64,000 nucleotides of DNA from Eledone cirrhosa. Its lineage: Eukaryota. The stretch lies in assembly GCA_964016885.1 (NCBI GenBank), contig OZ024740.1, forward strand, positions 287,494,001 to 287,558,000. The letters are read 5' to 3'. Positions 1 to 10,339 of the stretch are shown here, one piece after another. Below the pieces are notes generated by a model. The model was not told where the DNA came from. It made no database searches and was given only the letters and a program-made list of their open reading frames with translations. Numbering within the stretch: position 1 is the stretch's first letter; every line of letters begins with the position of its first letter. The translations under genes were made by a program, and so were the position numbers.

Positions 1-110
1 GTGTTAGGAAGGGCATCCAGCTGTAGAAATCAAGCCAGTATCAGTTCCCGTCCCACCCTTGCAAGCAGGGAAAAAGCGGACGTAAAATGAAATGATGATG
101 TTGATGATGA
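1..110 (+). mobile_element. 3' tail of RTE-partner SINE/LINE ending in (TGA)n
   Basis: Near-identical to 29448-29555 (gtgttaggaagggcatccagctgtagaaatcaagccag...cccttgcaagcaggg...cggacgtaaaatga) and similar to the RTE 3' end at 41410-41555. Confidence 0.8.
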
Positions 111-624
111 TATACAGGCACACAAAGATACATGTGTGTGATAGTGTATATGTGTATACACACATACATACACACACTCACACACACATATATATACATA
201 TATTTAAAATAATATATTTCTTCATTGTAATGTATCATTTGCTTTGTTATTTCTGTTTACTCTTTGCATACATATACACACATATATATATATTATACAT
301 ATACATACATATATATATATACATACATATTATATATATATATATACACACATACATATTATTTCTGCATGAGTATGAAGTCAATGATCAGCTTCTTGTT
401 GCCCTGATGTCTCTATATGAATGCCCGGGTATATGTGTTCAGATGGTGCTAAATCGAAACCATTCAATGTGGGAATCAGACTCCGCCAAGGATGCATACT
501 TTCACCTCTCCTGTCCATTATTTTGAAGTGAGAGAATTCTGGCCGGATATGATTTAAATACTAAAGTGTTAAGAACTTTACGCCACGACCCCCCCCCCCC
601 CCTCTCTCTATATATATATATATA

Positions 625-746
625 TCGTGATGAATGACTTATGTCGAAACGTCGTAACCTCCCCCATTCTCACCAAGTGTGAAGCTAATAACACTATGTA
701 CCATTGACTCCTGCGTTTGTTTGTTTGTTGGGGTCCTGACTTTTTT

Positions 747-750
<4 letters not shown>
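625..750 (+). mobile_element. 5'-truncated Penelope-like 3' end with degenerate minimal hammerhead motif
   Basis: gTGATGA-at-GAC ttat GTC-GAAA-CGTC at 627-653, same stem II/III as the motif at 32215-32242 that follows a GIY-YIG relic. Flanked by (TA)n on both sides. Confidence 0.55.
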
Positions 751-785
<35 letters not shown>

Positions 786-1462
786 GTAAGTATGTATACA
801 TACATACATATATGTATACAGACTACAGTAGTATGTATATATATATATATATATACATATATATATGTGTGCATGTATATATATATATATATATACATAC
901 ATGCACACATATATATATGCACGTATCGGTTTACCGAACATTTATTATAATGCTCGGTTTGTTTGTAAACAAACAAACAGCCTGAATTACGCCGTACAGT
1001 GTTCAGGCAACCACGTCACTTTTTTGTTCAACACTGACACAGGAACGATGTACTAGTTTATTAGCTATCGTCAGCATCGTATACCTTCCTGCCAGATAGT
1101 TGAACGTCTGAAAGTATATACTTTCCTTGTGTATATTAACGGCTGAGCAGCCTAATTTGCATATCGAGTGAGTTTAGTCGGCCGGGCACACCGAAAACGA
1201 TAAATGGAATAGAATGAAATGTGGTTGCCTAAACACTGTACGGCATAATTCGGGCTGTTTGTTTGTTTACAAACAAACCGAGCATTATAATAAATGTTCG
1301 GTAAACCGATACGTGCATATATATATATATATGTGTGCATGTATGTATATATATACATACTACTGTATGTCTGTATACATATATGTATGTACGTATACAT
1401 ACTTATATTTAAGTAACTGCCGTACTAAGAGTGAGAAATGAAATTTTGTTTCATTCTATTCC

Positions 1463-1467
<5 letters not shown>
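786..1467. mobile_element. Retrozyme-like hammerhead repeat, locus 1 (minus arm 786-1220 plus plus arm 1221-1467)
   Basis: Homologous to 3771-4219. The minus arm includes a monomer junction (ccgaaaacga|taaatggaatag at ~1200). Both 3' ends run into (TA)n. Confidence 0.8.
1045..1080 (-). ncRNA. Hammerhead ribozyme copy inactivated by a 7-nt deletion in stem II/GAAA
   Basis: Reverse complement reads acgatg-CTGACGA-tagctaat-AAA-ctag-TA-catcgt, lacking 7 nt relative to 58397-58439. Confidence 0.7.
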
Positions 1468-1507
<40 letters not shown>

Positions 1508-1597
1508 TACACACATATATATACATATATATACATATATATAGACACATATATACATACATATATATATATGTAATCAGTTATAATTTATAGTTAA

Positions 1598-1656
<59 letters not shown>

Positions 1657-1887
1657 CATATATATATATATATGTATACATATTCACACACACATGTAAA
1701 TTCATAGATGTGTGTGTGTTTTTGTGTGTGCAGTCAGTAAATTTCAAATAGGGTGTGTCCTTCAAGCATCCCTTTTAGATATACTGATTACATACTAGGC
1801 GAGCAGACATGAAAATATTTTAAGCAAAATTTTAAAATTAACACCAACTATATATACATGACATGTGTGACTGAACTATATATATAA

Positions 1888-2325
1888 ATATTGTTATACT
1901 TTGGGAGGGTCATGTTGCCAATAAGAAACACACACACCAGTTGCTTTCACTTCAATTTATTATACTAAATTTATAAATTTAGGAATTTCTGGTTGGTTGG
2001 TTGGTTCCACAACCAGATAGTTGTTTATATATTGTCAAAGTTCTTTCGTCACACATTCTGTGACCTCATCAGTGACTGGGGATTCTTTTCTTTGTTTTTG
2101 TGCCTCTCCTTTGTTCTGTCCTACGCCAGTCACTGATGAGGTCACAGAATGTGTGACGAAAGAACTTTGACAATATATAAACAACTATCTGGTTGTGGAA
2201 CCAACCAGAAATTTATAAATTTATAAATTCCTAAATTTATAAATTTAGTATAATAAATTGAAGTGAAAGCAACTGGTGTATGTGTTTCTTATTGGCAACA
2301 TGACCCTCCCAAAGTATAACAATAT
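1888..2325. mobile_element. ~190-200-bp inverted repeat of a Penelope-like pLTR, each arm with a hammerhead motif
   Basis: Arms 1888-2079 and 2126-2325 are reverse complements. The terminal tgaccctccc(a/c)aagtataacaatat is shared with 10709-10733. Confidence 0.75.
2129..2171 (+). ncRNA. Minimal type I hammerhead-like motif (family 2); mirror copy at 2034-2076 on the minus strand
   Basis: GTCA-CTGATGA-g-GTCACA gaatg TGTGAC-GAAA-gaac-TT-TGAC: stem I 4 bp, stem II 6 bp, minimal stem III. Confidence 0.65.
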
Positions 2326-2937
2326 CGGTTTCAACACACGATTTCAGATAAAGAATCTTGCTAAACAAATTCAGAAACGAAATATATATATATATATATA
2401 TATATCAGTATCTGTTTGTGAGTGTGTGCATGTATACATATGTATTTATATACCTGTACACACATGCTAAAAAGGAAAAGGTTGAATGTCAATTTGAATC
2501 ATTGCAGGCAGTGGACTTAGATTGATGAAACCAGCCTCAGACAAGTTTTCAAAGTTACTGTCAAATTTGTCCTTTACTTATATGTATGTATTGAATGCTT
2601 TTTCAGTTAATGTTTGACTGTCTTTATGTATGGTTATGTATAAATCACACACATTGATTTATATATATAAACGGAAAAAATGAAACGAAATTTCATTTCT
2701 CACTCTTAGTACGGCTGTTACTTAAATATAAGTAAGTATACGTACACACATATATGTATACAGACGTACAGTAGTATGTATATATATATACATACATGCA
2801 CACATATATATAAATGTACGTATGGATTCACCGAACATTTATTATAATGCTCGGTGTGTTTGTAAACAAACATCCCGAATTAAGCCGTACAGTGTCTAGC
2901 AACCATCGTTGCTCATTTGTTCAACACTGACAAAGGA

Positions 2938-2980
2938 ACGCTGTACTAGTTTCAAGCTTATTAGCTATCGTCAGCAACGT
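2938..2980 (-). ncRNA. Minimal type I hammerhead ribozyme (family 1)
   Basis: Exact reverse complement of 3968-4010. Confidence 0.8.
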
Positions 2981-3157
2981 ATACCTTCCTGCCAGATGGT
3001 TGAACGTCTGAAAGTATAGACTTTCCTTATGCACATTAACGGCTGAGCAGCCTAACTTGCATATCGAGTGATATGCGTACATATATATATATGTGTGCAT
3101 GTATGTATATATATATACATACTACTGTACGTCTGTATACATATATGTATGTACGTA

Positions 3158-3768
3158 TGTCAGGTCACCAGTTGGTGCTACTGGTGCTACTGGTATCTCA
3201 GTACAACCTGTCTCATGGTCGGGTCATTGGCGACTAAACTGGCAACCCCACCAAGGTTTCTTGGTGAGGAGGGTGACTTTGGACATCCTGCAGGACTAAA
3301 AACAAAACTTGTCAATGGGCAAAGGAGCTCTTAAGAGTCAATGGCCATCCAAAATCACCGGGAGAGATGACCCCTTAGCCTTTGTCAAGGCAGAATTCTA
3401 GGAGAAGGAAAACTCTGATATAACACCTGCAACCCTGATTGTATCCAATGATGTTGACTTGTTCTTCTTTTTGGTAAATATCATCTTGGTTAAGAGAGTG
3501 GGACTGGTTTTGTGCAGTGCCTTTGCTCACTATAAAAGCTTCACGGCACAGGCATTGCTTTATATCTGGAGATCTCTCTGCACTTGTCGTCACATGGTAC
3601 CATGGGCCCAGCACTATGTGTCAATAATTGTCACAAGTGTAGTGTTTGTACCAGAGTTTTCAAGTCGCTGGCTGGACTAAAAAGTCACACTTGTTCAGCG
3701 CATCGGTAAGGGTTCTCCTACATGGATATAAAGTAGTGGCCATACTCGAAAACGAGTTGGCAGCCACC
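3158..3768 (+). mobile_element. Non-autonomous bipartite RTE derivative (5'UTR-like part fused to the RTE 3' end), inserted in the retrozyme
   Basis: 9-bp TSD atgtacgta at 3149-3157 and 3769-3777. The 5' part contains ctaggagaaggaaaactctga, which I recognise from RTE 5' regions. The 3' part encodes CSVCTRVFKSLAGLKSH (RTE C-terminal zinc-finger-like) and ends in the hairpin ctcgaaaacgag. Confidence 0.7.
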
Positions 3769-3885
3769 ATGTACGTACACATACTTATATTTAAGTAACA
3801 GCTGTACTAAGAGGGAGAAATGAAATTTCGTTTCATTTTTTCCGTTTATCGTTTTCGGTGCCCCCGGCCGATTAACTCACTCGAT

Positions 3886-3893
3886 ATGCAAAT
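3886..3893 (+). promoter_or_regulatory. Octamer motif ATGCAAAT in the retrozyme monomer, ~80 nt upstream of the hammerhead core
   Basis: Perfect octamer, retained at 1155-1162 (-) and ~58514-58521 (-), with a 1-nt variant at ~3055-3062. Confidence 0.4.
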
Positions 3894-3967
3894 TAGGCTG
3901 CTCAGCCGTTAATGTGCATAAGGAAAGTATATACTTTCAGACGTTCAATCATCTGGCAGGAAGGTAT

Positions 3968-4010
3968 ACGTTGCTGACGATAGCTAATAAGCTTGAAACT
4001 AGTACAGCGT
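3968..4010 (+). ncRNA. Minimal type I hammerhead ribozyme (family 1), predicted cleavage after GUA (A4004)
   Basis: ACGTTG-CTGACGA-t AGC taataa GCT t-GAAA-CTAG-TA-CAGCGT. Full core, 6-bp stem I, palindromic CUAG loop III, U.U juxtaposition at the base of stem II. Confidence 0.85.
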
Positions 4011-4414
4011 TCCTTTGTCAGTGTTGAACAAACGAGCAATGATGGTTGCTAGACACTGTACGGCTTAATTCGGGATGTTTGTTTACAAACACACCGAGCA
4101 TTATAATAAATGTTCGGTGAATCCATACGTACATATATATATGTGTGCATGTATGTATATATATATACATACTACTGTACGTCTGTATACATATATGTAT
4201 GTACGTATACATACTTATATATATATATATATATATATATAGATATATATAGATAGATATAGATATACCACTGATTGAACCCAGGGCTCATATATATATA
4301 TATATTTGAAGGTGGCCGACCTGACTAGAAACTGCTAAATGTGTGGCTGCCTTCTTGTCGCTGCCTTTTCAGCCCCATGGATTTTGTCTATTATATTCCT
4401 TTTTTAAATTTCGA

Positions 4415-4472
4415 ATACCTGATGATGTCACCGGATTCATACTGAACCCGGTCATTGAAATGTTCATAGTAT
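4415..4472 (+). ncRNA. Type I hammerhead-like motif (family 3) in a Penelope-like 3' fragment (~4300-4530)
   Basis: ATAC-CTGATGA-[tgtcACCGGaTTCA tac TGAAcCCGGTcatt]-GAAA-TG tt CA-TA-GTAT, followed by aataaa and a TA-rich end. Confidence 0.55.
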
Positions 4473-5458
4473 AATAAACCTTTAAGGAATTACACCAGTC
4501 CAGCCTCCTGTTATTTTATAATATCTACTTATATATATAACCAGCAATTTCTCTGTCTGTCTGTCTGTCCGACAGTGGAAACACGTGCGTAGAGAGAGAG
4601 TGAGAGTGAAAGAAAGAGACAGACTACGAGAGGGGGATAGCGGGAGGGAGAGAGGGAGAGAGAGAGAGTGAATAGACGCTAAAACACGTGCTACAGAAAT
4701 ATTACCTTCCCCTTCCTTTATAGAAACATTACCTTCCCCTCTCCACTGACTTTGGTCACTGAGGCCGAGGGAATCGCTGGTTGCTATAGAGACACCTTGC
4801 ACAAGCCAGAAGTAACCAGTTCGAGGCGGTTCTGACTTGACACCATGCGAAGAAGGTTGCCATTGAATTTGTGGTTAGAAGAAGGTTGCCATTGAATTTG
4901 TGGTTGTTGCTGCTGATAATAAGGACCATTTGAAGAAAGTTGCTGCTGATGAGGTAATTTATTAATCAGATTGCGCAGTTCCATAACCTACGTTTGATTT
5001 GTTCAATTTTTTTCTTCAATTTTTTGTTGTTGTTGTTTTTTTATTTCTTATTGAAAAAATATAAATAATAAAATAAGGTTAGAAATTTAAATACAATTAA
5101 ATACGATTTAATTTCCATTTCCAGCAACCAATGTCCAGTGTTCAATTTCATGAAAAAATTGGAAATAATTCAAAAAATTGAAGTTTAACTTTTGAACATT
5201 TGTTTTGACAATAAAAAAATATTTCCTTATTCACACCTAATGGTATGATTAAAATTTCATAGGAATATTTTTTTCTAACCGCCAGTTATTTATTTTCTCC
5301 TTTTTCGTTTTAACATATATTTATTTCAAAGATTTCACTGTATAGATAACATATATATTTATACATGCATAAAAGACACACCGAGAGACGGTGAACATGT
5401 GATGCCGAAAACATTTCTCATCCAAATCTCAACAATATCAGTATATACACTAGATTTG

Positions 5459-6190
5459 CTAGCAGAAAACCGCCCACCGGGTGGTTTTCTGCTAGTCTAT
5501 ATGTATAAAACTGAGGATGTCTGTCTGTGTGTGTGTGAGTTTGAATCCATAAAACTCAAGAACCACCCAACCGACTGTTTTCAAACTTTACACATGTAAT
5601 ACTTATGTTTCAGGGAGTGTTCTGAGCAAAAAAGATTTCAAATTTTCAATGCCCTAAGGACCGCATTAGGCGATTTAGCGATCTCTCTCTATAATTCTTA
5701 GTCTTTCTATTTTTAGATAGATACATACATATAACGCCGCGCCCTTATAATACCTATCTGTATGTCTGGCTGTTTGCATTACGTCACTTCCCTGAGGATG
5801 TCTGTCTGTGTGTGTGTGTGGATGTCTGTCTGTGAGTTTGAATCCCTAACACTTGAAATGTACTCAACCGACTTTTTTCAAACTTTACATGTGTATTACT
5901 TGTTTGAGAAAGTGTTATGCACATAAAAAATTCAACTTTTTGATCCCCTAGGGCCCACATTAGTTGAAAAACTGCCTTTTTTTCAGGTTTTTAGGCGTTT
6001 TTTGAGGCGTTACGTCAGACTGATTTCCTTGAAATTGTAACTATGTATTAGTCAGTCTCTTCTTCATACCGTGAGCAAAGAAAATCCAACTTTTTTATGG
6101 CCTAGGGCCTGCATTAGGTGAAAAACTTCATTTTTTCAGCTTTTTAGGGCTTTTTTGAGTAAACACTAAGAACACACATGAAGTAGATTC
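5459..6190 (+). mobile_element. Helitron-derived segment: palindromic CTAG 3'-end motif abutting a Helitron-type 5' end, with internal subrepeats
   Basis: ctagcagaaaaccgccc-acc-gggtggttttctgctag (5459-5495), then TCtatatgtataaaactgaggatgtctgtctg, which resembles the Helitron start at ~26001. Repeated blocks at 5511/5792. Confidence 0.55.
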
Positions 6191-6199
6191 CTTCATTTT

Positions 6200-6760
6200 T
6201 CATGTAGGCTCTTTAGAAGTTGTCAACAGCTTAGTTACCTAGGCAATCTAAGTGTGATAGCCAGAATTAAGACAGGCTGGAAGAAGTTTAGAGAGCTGAT
6301 ACCTCTGCTGACAACAAAGGGCTTCTTACTCAGAGTGAAGGGTAGACTGTATGATGCCTGCATGTGAGGTTCAATGCTAAATGGCACGGAAACATCAGCC
6401 TTAACCACAGAAGATCTGTGAAGGCTGGAGAGAAATGAAGCATGTATGCTCCGATAGATGTGTTAGTGTGCATGAATGATGATAGCATAAGTGAGCTGAG
6501 GAAAACTTGGCATAAGAGGAATAGGATGAAATGTGCAAGAGAGAAGACTGTGCTATTAAAGATATATGATGCATATGGTGGATAGCAGCTGCATAAAGAA
6601 ATGCAGAGCAGTCCCAGTGGCTGAAACCTGAGGAAAAGGCAGACCCAGGAAGACATGTGATGAGGTAGTGAAGAGTTGCTTTAAGAAACCAAGCCTCACA
6701 ACTGAGATGACAAAGGATCGAGAAGGCTGGCACTATGCTGTGTCGATGAAGACCTGGCCA
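6200..6760 (+). pseudogene. Degraded RTE LINE ORF 3' part
   Basis: Homologous to 40580-41160 (YLG...GWKKFREL.PLL..KG....KGRLYDAC...GRPRKT). Confidence 0.7.
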
Positions 6761-7219
6761 TAAGACCATCTCCCTTCTTTCCTCTAGCATTCCCCACCAT
6801 CTATCCCCACCACTACTGCATCCATCACCCATGCCCCCCTCCAGAACCACTCCTTAACAACTACACACCTCTAAAGACCTTAGATATTCTTACCATTGCA
6901 CCCTAGTAACTACTCTCTCTACCCCTTGTTCATCCATTCCCCCTTACCCCCACACTATCCCCCTTACCTATCTCTGCATCATTTACACCTACCTATCTCT
7001 CTATTAAGCCCCCACTCTAACCATATTGACCACCTCCCATACACTCCTTAATCCCTACCCTTTACTCATTGCCCTGCCAAATCCCCACATACACCTATAA
7101 CTTCATACCTATCTCCCTCCCCCATTGCCCCTCTCTCCAGAACTGAGAGGACTCTACAGTTGGGTCTATGATGGTACCCCGAAAATGATGGTACCCCGAA
7201 AATGTACCTGGTACACTCC

Positions 7220-7765
7220 ATAAGAGTGGTTGGTGCCATGAAAAGCATCCCGCTGTATAAACCATCCCTAAAAGAGTTGAGAGGACCCTTTAGTTGTGTC
7301 AAAGACACAATCTCTCTAATGTAGGTGATCTACATGATAAAAATAAACCCAGTACACACTGTAAAGTGGTTGGTGATAGGAAGGGTATCCAGTCGTAAAA
7401 AGCTTGCCAAAGGGTTGAGAGTTCTCTTTAGTTGTGTCAAGGACATGACAGCCTCCTTAGGGTTGGTGATCTACACAATAAAAGCATGCAGCACTTGATG
7501 TAAAGTGGTTGGTGTTAGGAAGGGCATCTAGCTGTAGAAAATTTGTTGAACAAGGGGTTAGGAGGACCCTTTAGTTTGTGTCAAAAAGACATTAAAACTT
7601 CTGTTCTGCACTTGAAATGGCCATACATAAAGGGATACAGACCCCCCCCCCCCCGGCTAGTCTGAGAGGTCAGTAGCCTCACTTCAGTACTGACTTGGTC
7701 TATGTAGATCTGTCCCATTCTTGCTAGCAGGGAAAGCGGACGTTAAATGATGATGATGATGAGGA
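7220..7765 (+). mobile_element. RTE 3'UTR relic with triplicated gtggttggtg..aggaagggcatcc block and (TGA)n tail
   Basis: Block recurs at ~7226, ~7366 and ~7505. Ends gcaggg aaagcggacgttaaatgatgatgatg. Confidence 0.6.
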
Positions 7766-7805
7766 TATATATAATACATGCAAACACATGTACACACACA
7801 CACAT

Positions 7806-7835
<30 letters not shown>

Positions 7836-7840
<5 letters not shown>

Positions 7841-8284
7841 GGAATAGAATGAAACGAAATTTCATTTCTCACTCTTAATACGGCACTTACTTAAATGTAA
7901 GTATGTATGTATGTATACGTACATACATATATGTATACAGACGCACAGTAGTATGTATATATATACATACATGTATACATATATATATGCACGTATCGGT
8001 CTACCGAACATTTATTATAATGCTCGGTTTGTTCGTTTGTAAACAAACAAACAGCCCGAATTACGCCGTACAGTGTTGAACAAAAAGGTGACGTAGTTGC
8101 CTGAACACGGCGTAATTCGGGCTGTTTGTTTGTTTACAAACGAACAAACCGAGCATTATAATAAATGTTCAGTAGACCGATACGTGCATATATATATGTG
8201 TACATGTATGTATATATATACATGCTACTGTGCGTCTGTATACATATATGTATGTACGTATACATACATACATACTTACATTTA
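7836..8284. mobile_element. Retrozyme-like repeat, locus 3 (inverted pair, truncated before the hammerhead)
   Basis: Minus arm 7836-8077 and plus arm 8071-8284 overlap at the microhomology cagtgtt. (TA)n on both sides. Confidence 0.8.
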
Positions 8285-9227
8285 TATATATATATATAGT
8301 CATACACATGCGCACACACATACATATATATATATATAATCATACACATGCGTCCACACTTACATATATATATATATACACCCATAAAATGTCACACGAG
8401 AGAACATAGTATCCTGTTCCTTTAAATGGTTTAATGTTCCTTTAAATTAATTTCATTTTTCTGTTTTGCTAAGCACCTATATAAATATTTGAATATGGGA
8501 CATTATTTTTGGAAACAATATTGAGAAGAAAGGATAATAGTTGGAAGGAATGTAGCAGAGAAAGAAGGGGAGCTGAGTAAGAGAGAATGAGAGGAGTTAT
8601 AGCATTGGTACTTTAGACTTCCATGTGTGTATATGTGTTATGGCAAACACTTTAGTTGCAAAAACTATTCAGAAGATGTCCACTGTGATGGTGACATAGT
8701 GTCTGATGGTTTTGTAAGCCAATGCTGAGTCAACATATGTCTGGGAGGTAGATATATGGATGGGCATCATACTTTTCTCATTATTCTTCACTATTTTTCA
8801 ATAGATTCTTTTCAAAATATTTCAAAATTATCCAGCTGGCAGCAACTGGTTGCTATTTTCTAAACAATATTATTTTTCTATGATAACTGGAGTATGATAT
8901 TGTACATTTATTTAGTGATTCCTTCATCACTACTTCAGTAAATACAGTGATGTTGACACTTCAATAAAAAGCTTGTAAAAGACCAAAACATGTCCAGTAA
9001 TATATCTATATAGCAACTATATATAGCATTTAGCAATATACTAAATAGCTATAAAGCATATAGCAATGTAGTATACAAAAAATATAGTTTATTGTGATAC
9101 AGTATAGAGCAATATAGTATGATAGTAATATAATATAGAGCAATATAGTATGATAGTAATATAGTAAATGCAGCATCATTCTACATAGCAATATAGAATT
9201 TTACAATATAGTATAAAGCTATATATC

Positions 9228-9800
9228 ATCATTATCATTTGACATCCATTTTTTCCATGGGTTGAACAAATCCTCTTTAGTACAGCACCCCTTAACTTTC
9301 TTTCCCATATCATCTTTGTGAGATTCAGCATCCTGAGATCCGATTTCAACTTCCGTTTGGAATTCCTAGTTCTTCTTCACCCAACTATCATCCATACACA
9401 CTACATATCTGTACAAGCACAACCTTCTAACATATACATAACATCTGATTCCTCCAATACCCAGTTTTTCTCTCAACTCAGTTGTACTTTGCAATTTATG
9501 CAAATTATTACACATCCAGGAGATCATACTCACTTCATTTGTTTCTAGACTTTGCACACTCCTCTGCATTCAATGTGAAAGTTTTCCCACCTTGCAACAT
9601 TGCACTTCATATACAGGCATCATACAATCTAATCTTCATTCAGAAACAGAACCCTTTTATTGCTATCAGAGGTGGTAAATCCCTGAATTATATCCACCCT
9701 ATTTTTATTCTGGTCATTATGCTTCTGGAGAAGCTTCCTCCACTGTTAATTAAATAATCTATATAAGAGAAACTATCAATTACTTCTATGGAGCTTTTCA
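9228..9800 (-). pseudogene. Old RTE LINE 3' fragment
   Basis: ORF 9366-9569 contains ELREKLGIGGIRC...RRL..Y..V..MDD.WVKK. (ATC)n-like tail at ~9228. Confidence 0.65.
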
Positions 9801-10339
9801 TATTTCACTGGTATCCTCACTGTTAACTAACCCTGTACATTTGCCACATACATCATCTTGTTTCCCTGTTAGCCTGTCTGTGATACCCTTTAGCTTTACA
9901 GTATATAGAAAAGTAGTATGCAGCATTATAGCATACTGTAGCATAGTATTTAACTATACCATTATATATTAAAGACAATAATGTTTCTTCTCTGAAGATT
10001 CTAAGAACATATTCTTTATAATAATATGCATGCATACACACACATATATATAGACCTGTTATATCGATGTTATGCCTTAGATGAAACATTATGTAAGGAG
10101 TAAATTTTGTTTTTAAATGTATTGCCTTCTTCTCCATTTATTTAGCCAAGGCTAAACAGAAAGAATGAATGGAATAACAACAACACCCAAACAAACAACA
10201 CTGACCTAAGAGAAGTATAAATAAATAAATAGATAAATAAATAAATAAATACATACACAAGCACAATAACAACAAACACATATAAACACACACTAGTAAA
10301 GATAGAATACATTAACCAATACACAGTCACCCAATCACG

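Larger units (their letters stand above)
2668..4219. mobile_element. Retrozyme-like hammerhead repeat, locus 2 (minus arm 2668-3071; plus arm 3074-3157 and 3769-4219 with one complete 430-nt period)
   Basis: gtacgta(c/t)acatacttatat recurs at 3771 and 4201 (period 430). Monomer junction tttccgttta|tcgttttcgg at 3848/3849. Intact hammerhead motifs at 2938-2980 (-) and 3968-4010 (+). Confidence 0.85.

Noticed and set aside
92-1765. Many Y/I/H/T/C/V-rich ORFs here and throughout the window
   Set aside because: They are translations of (TA)n, (CA)n and (ATGT)n microsatellites, or of the non-coding retrozyme unit, with no protein signature.
4784-4984. Q-rich ORF with a 30-bp duplication
   Set aside because: Short and low-complexity. 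It lies in a probable Helitron-like segment starting near 4524 and cannot be supported as a host exon.
5380-5420. Possible hammerhead (ccgagaga-cgg...ccg-aaa)
   Set aside because: The core does not match CUGANGA and there is no convincing stem I/III.
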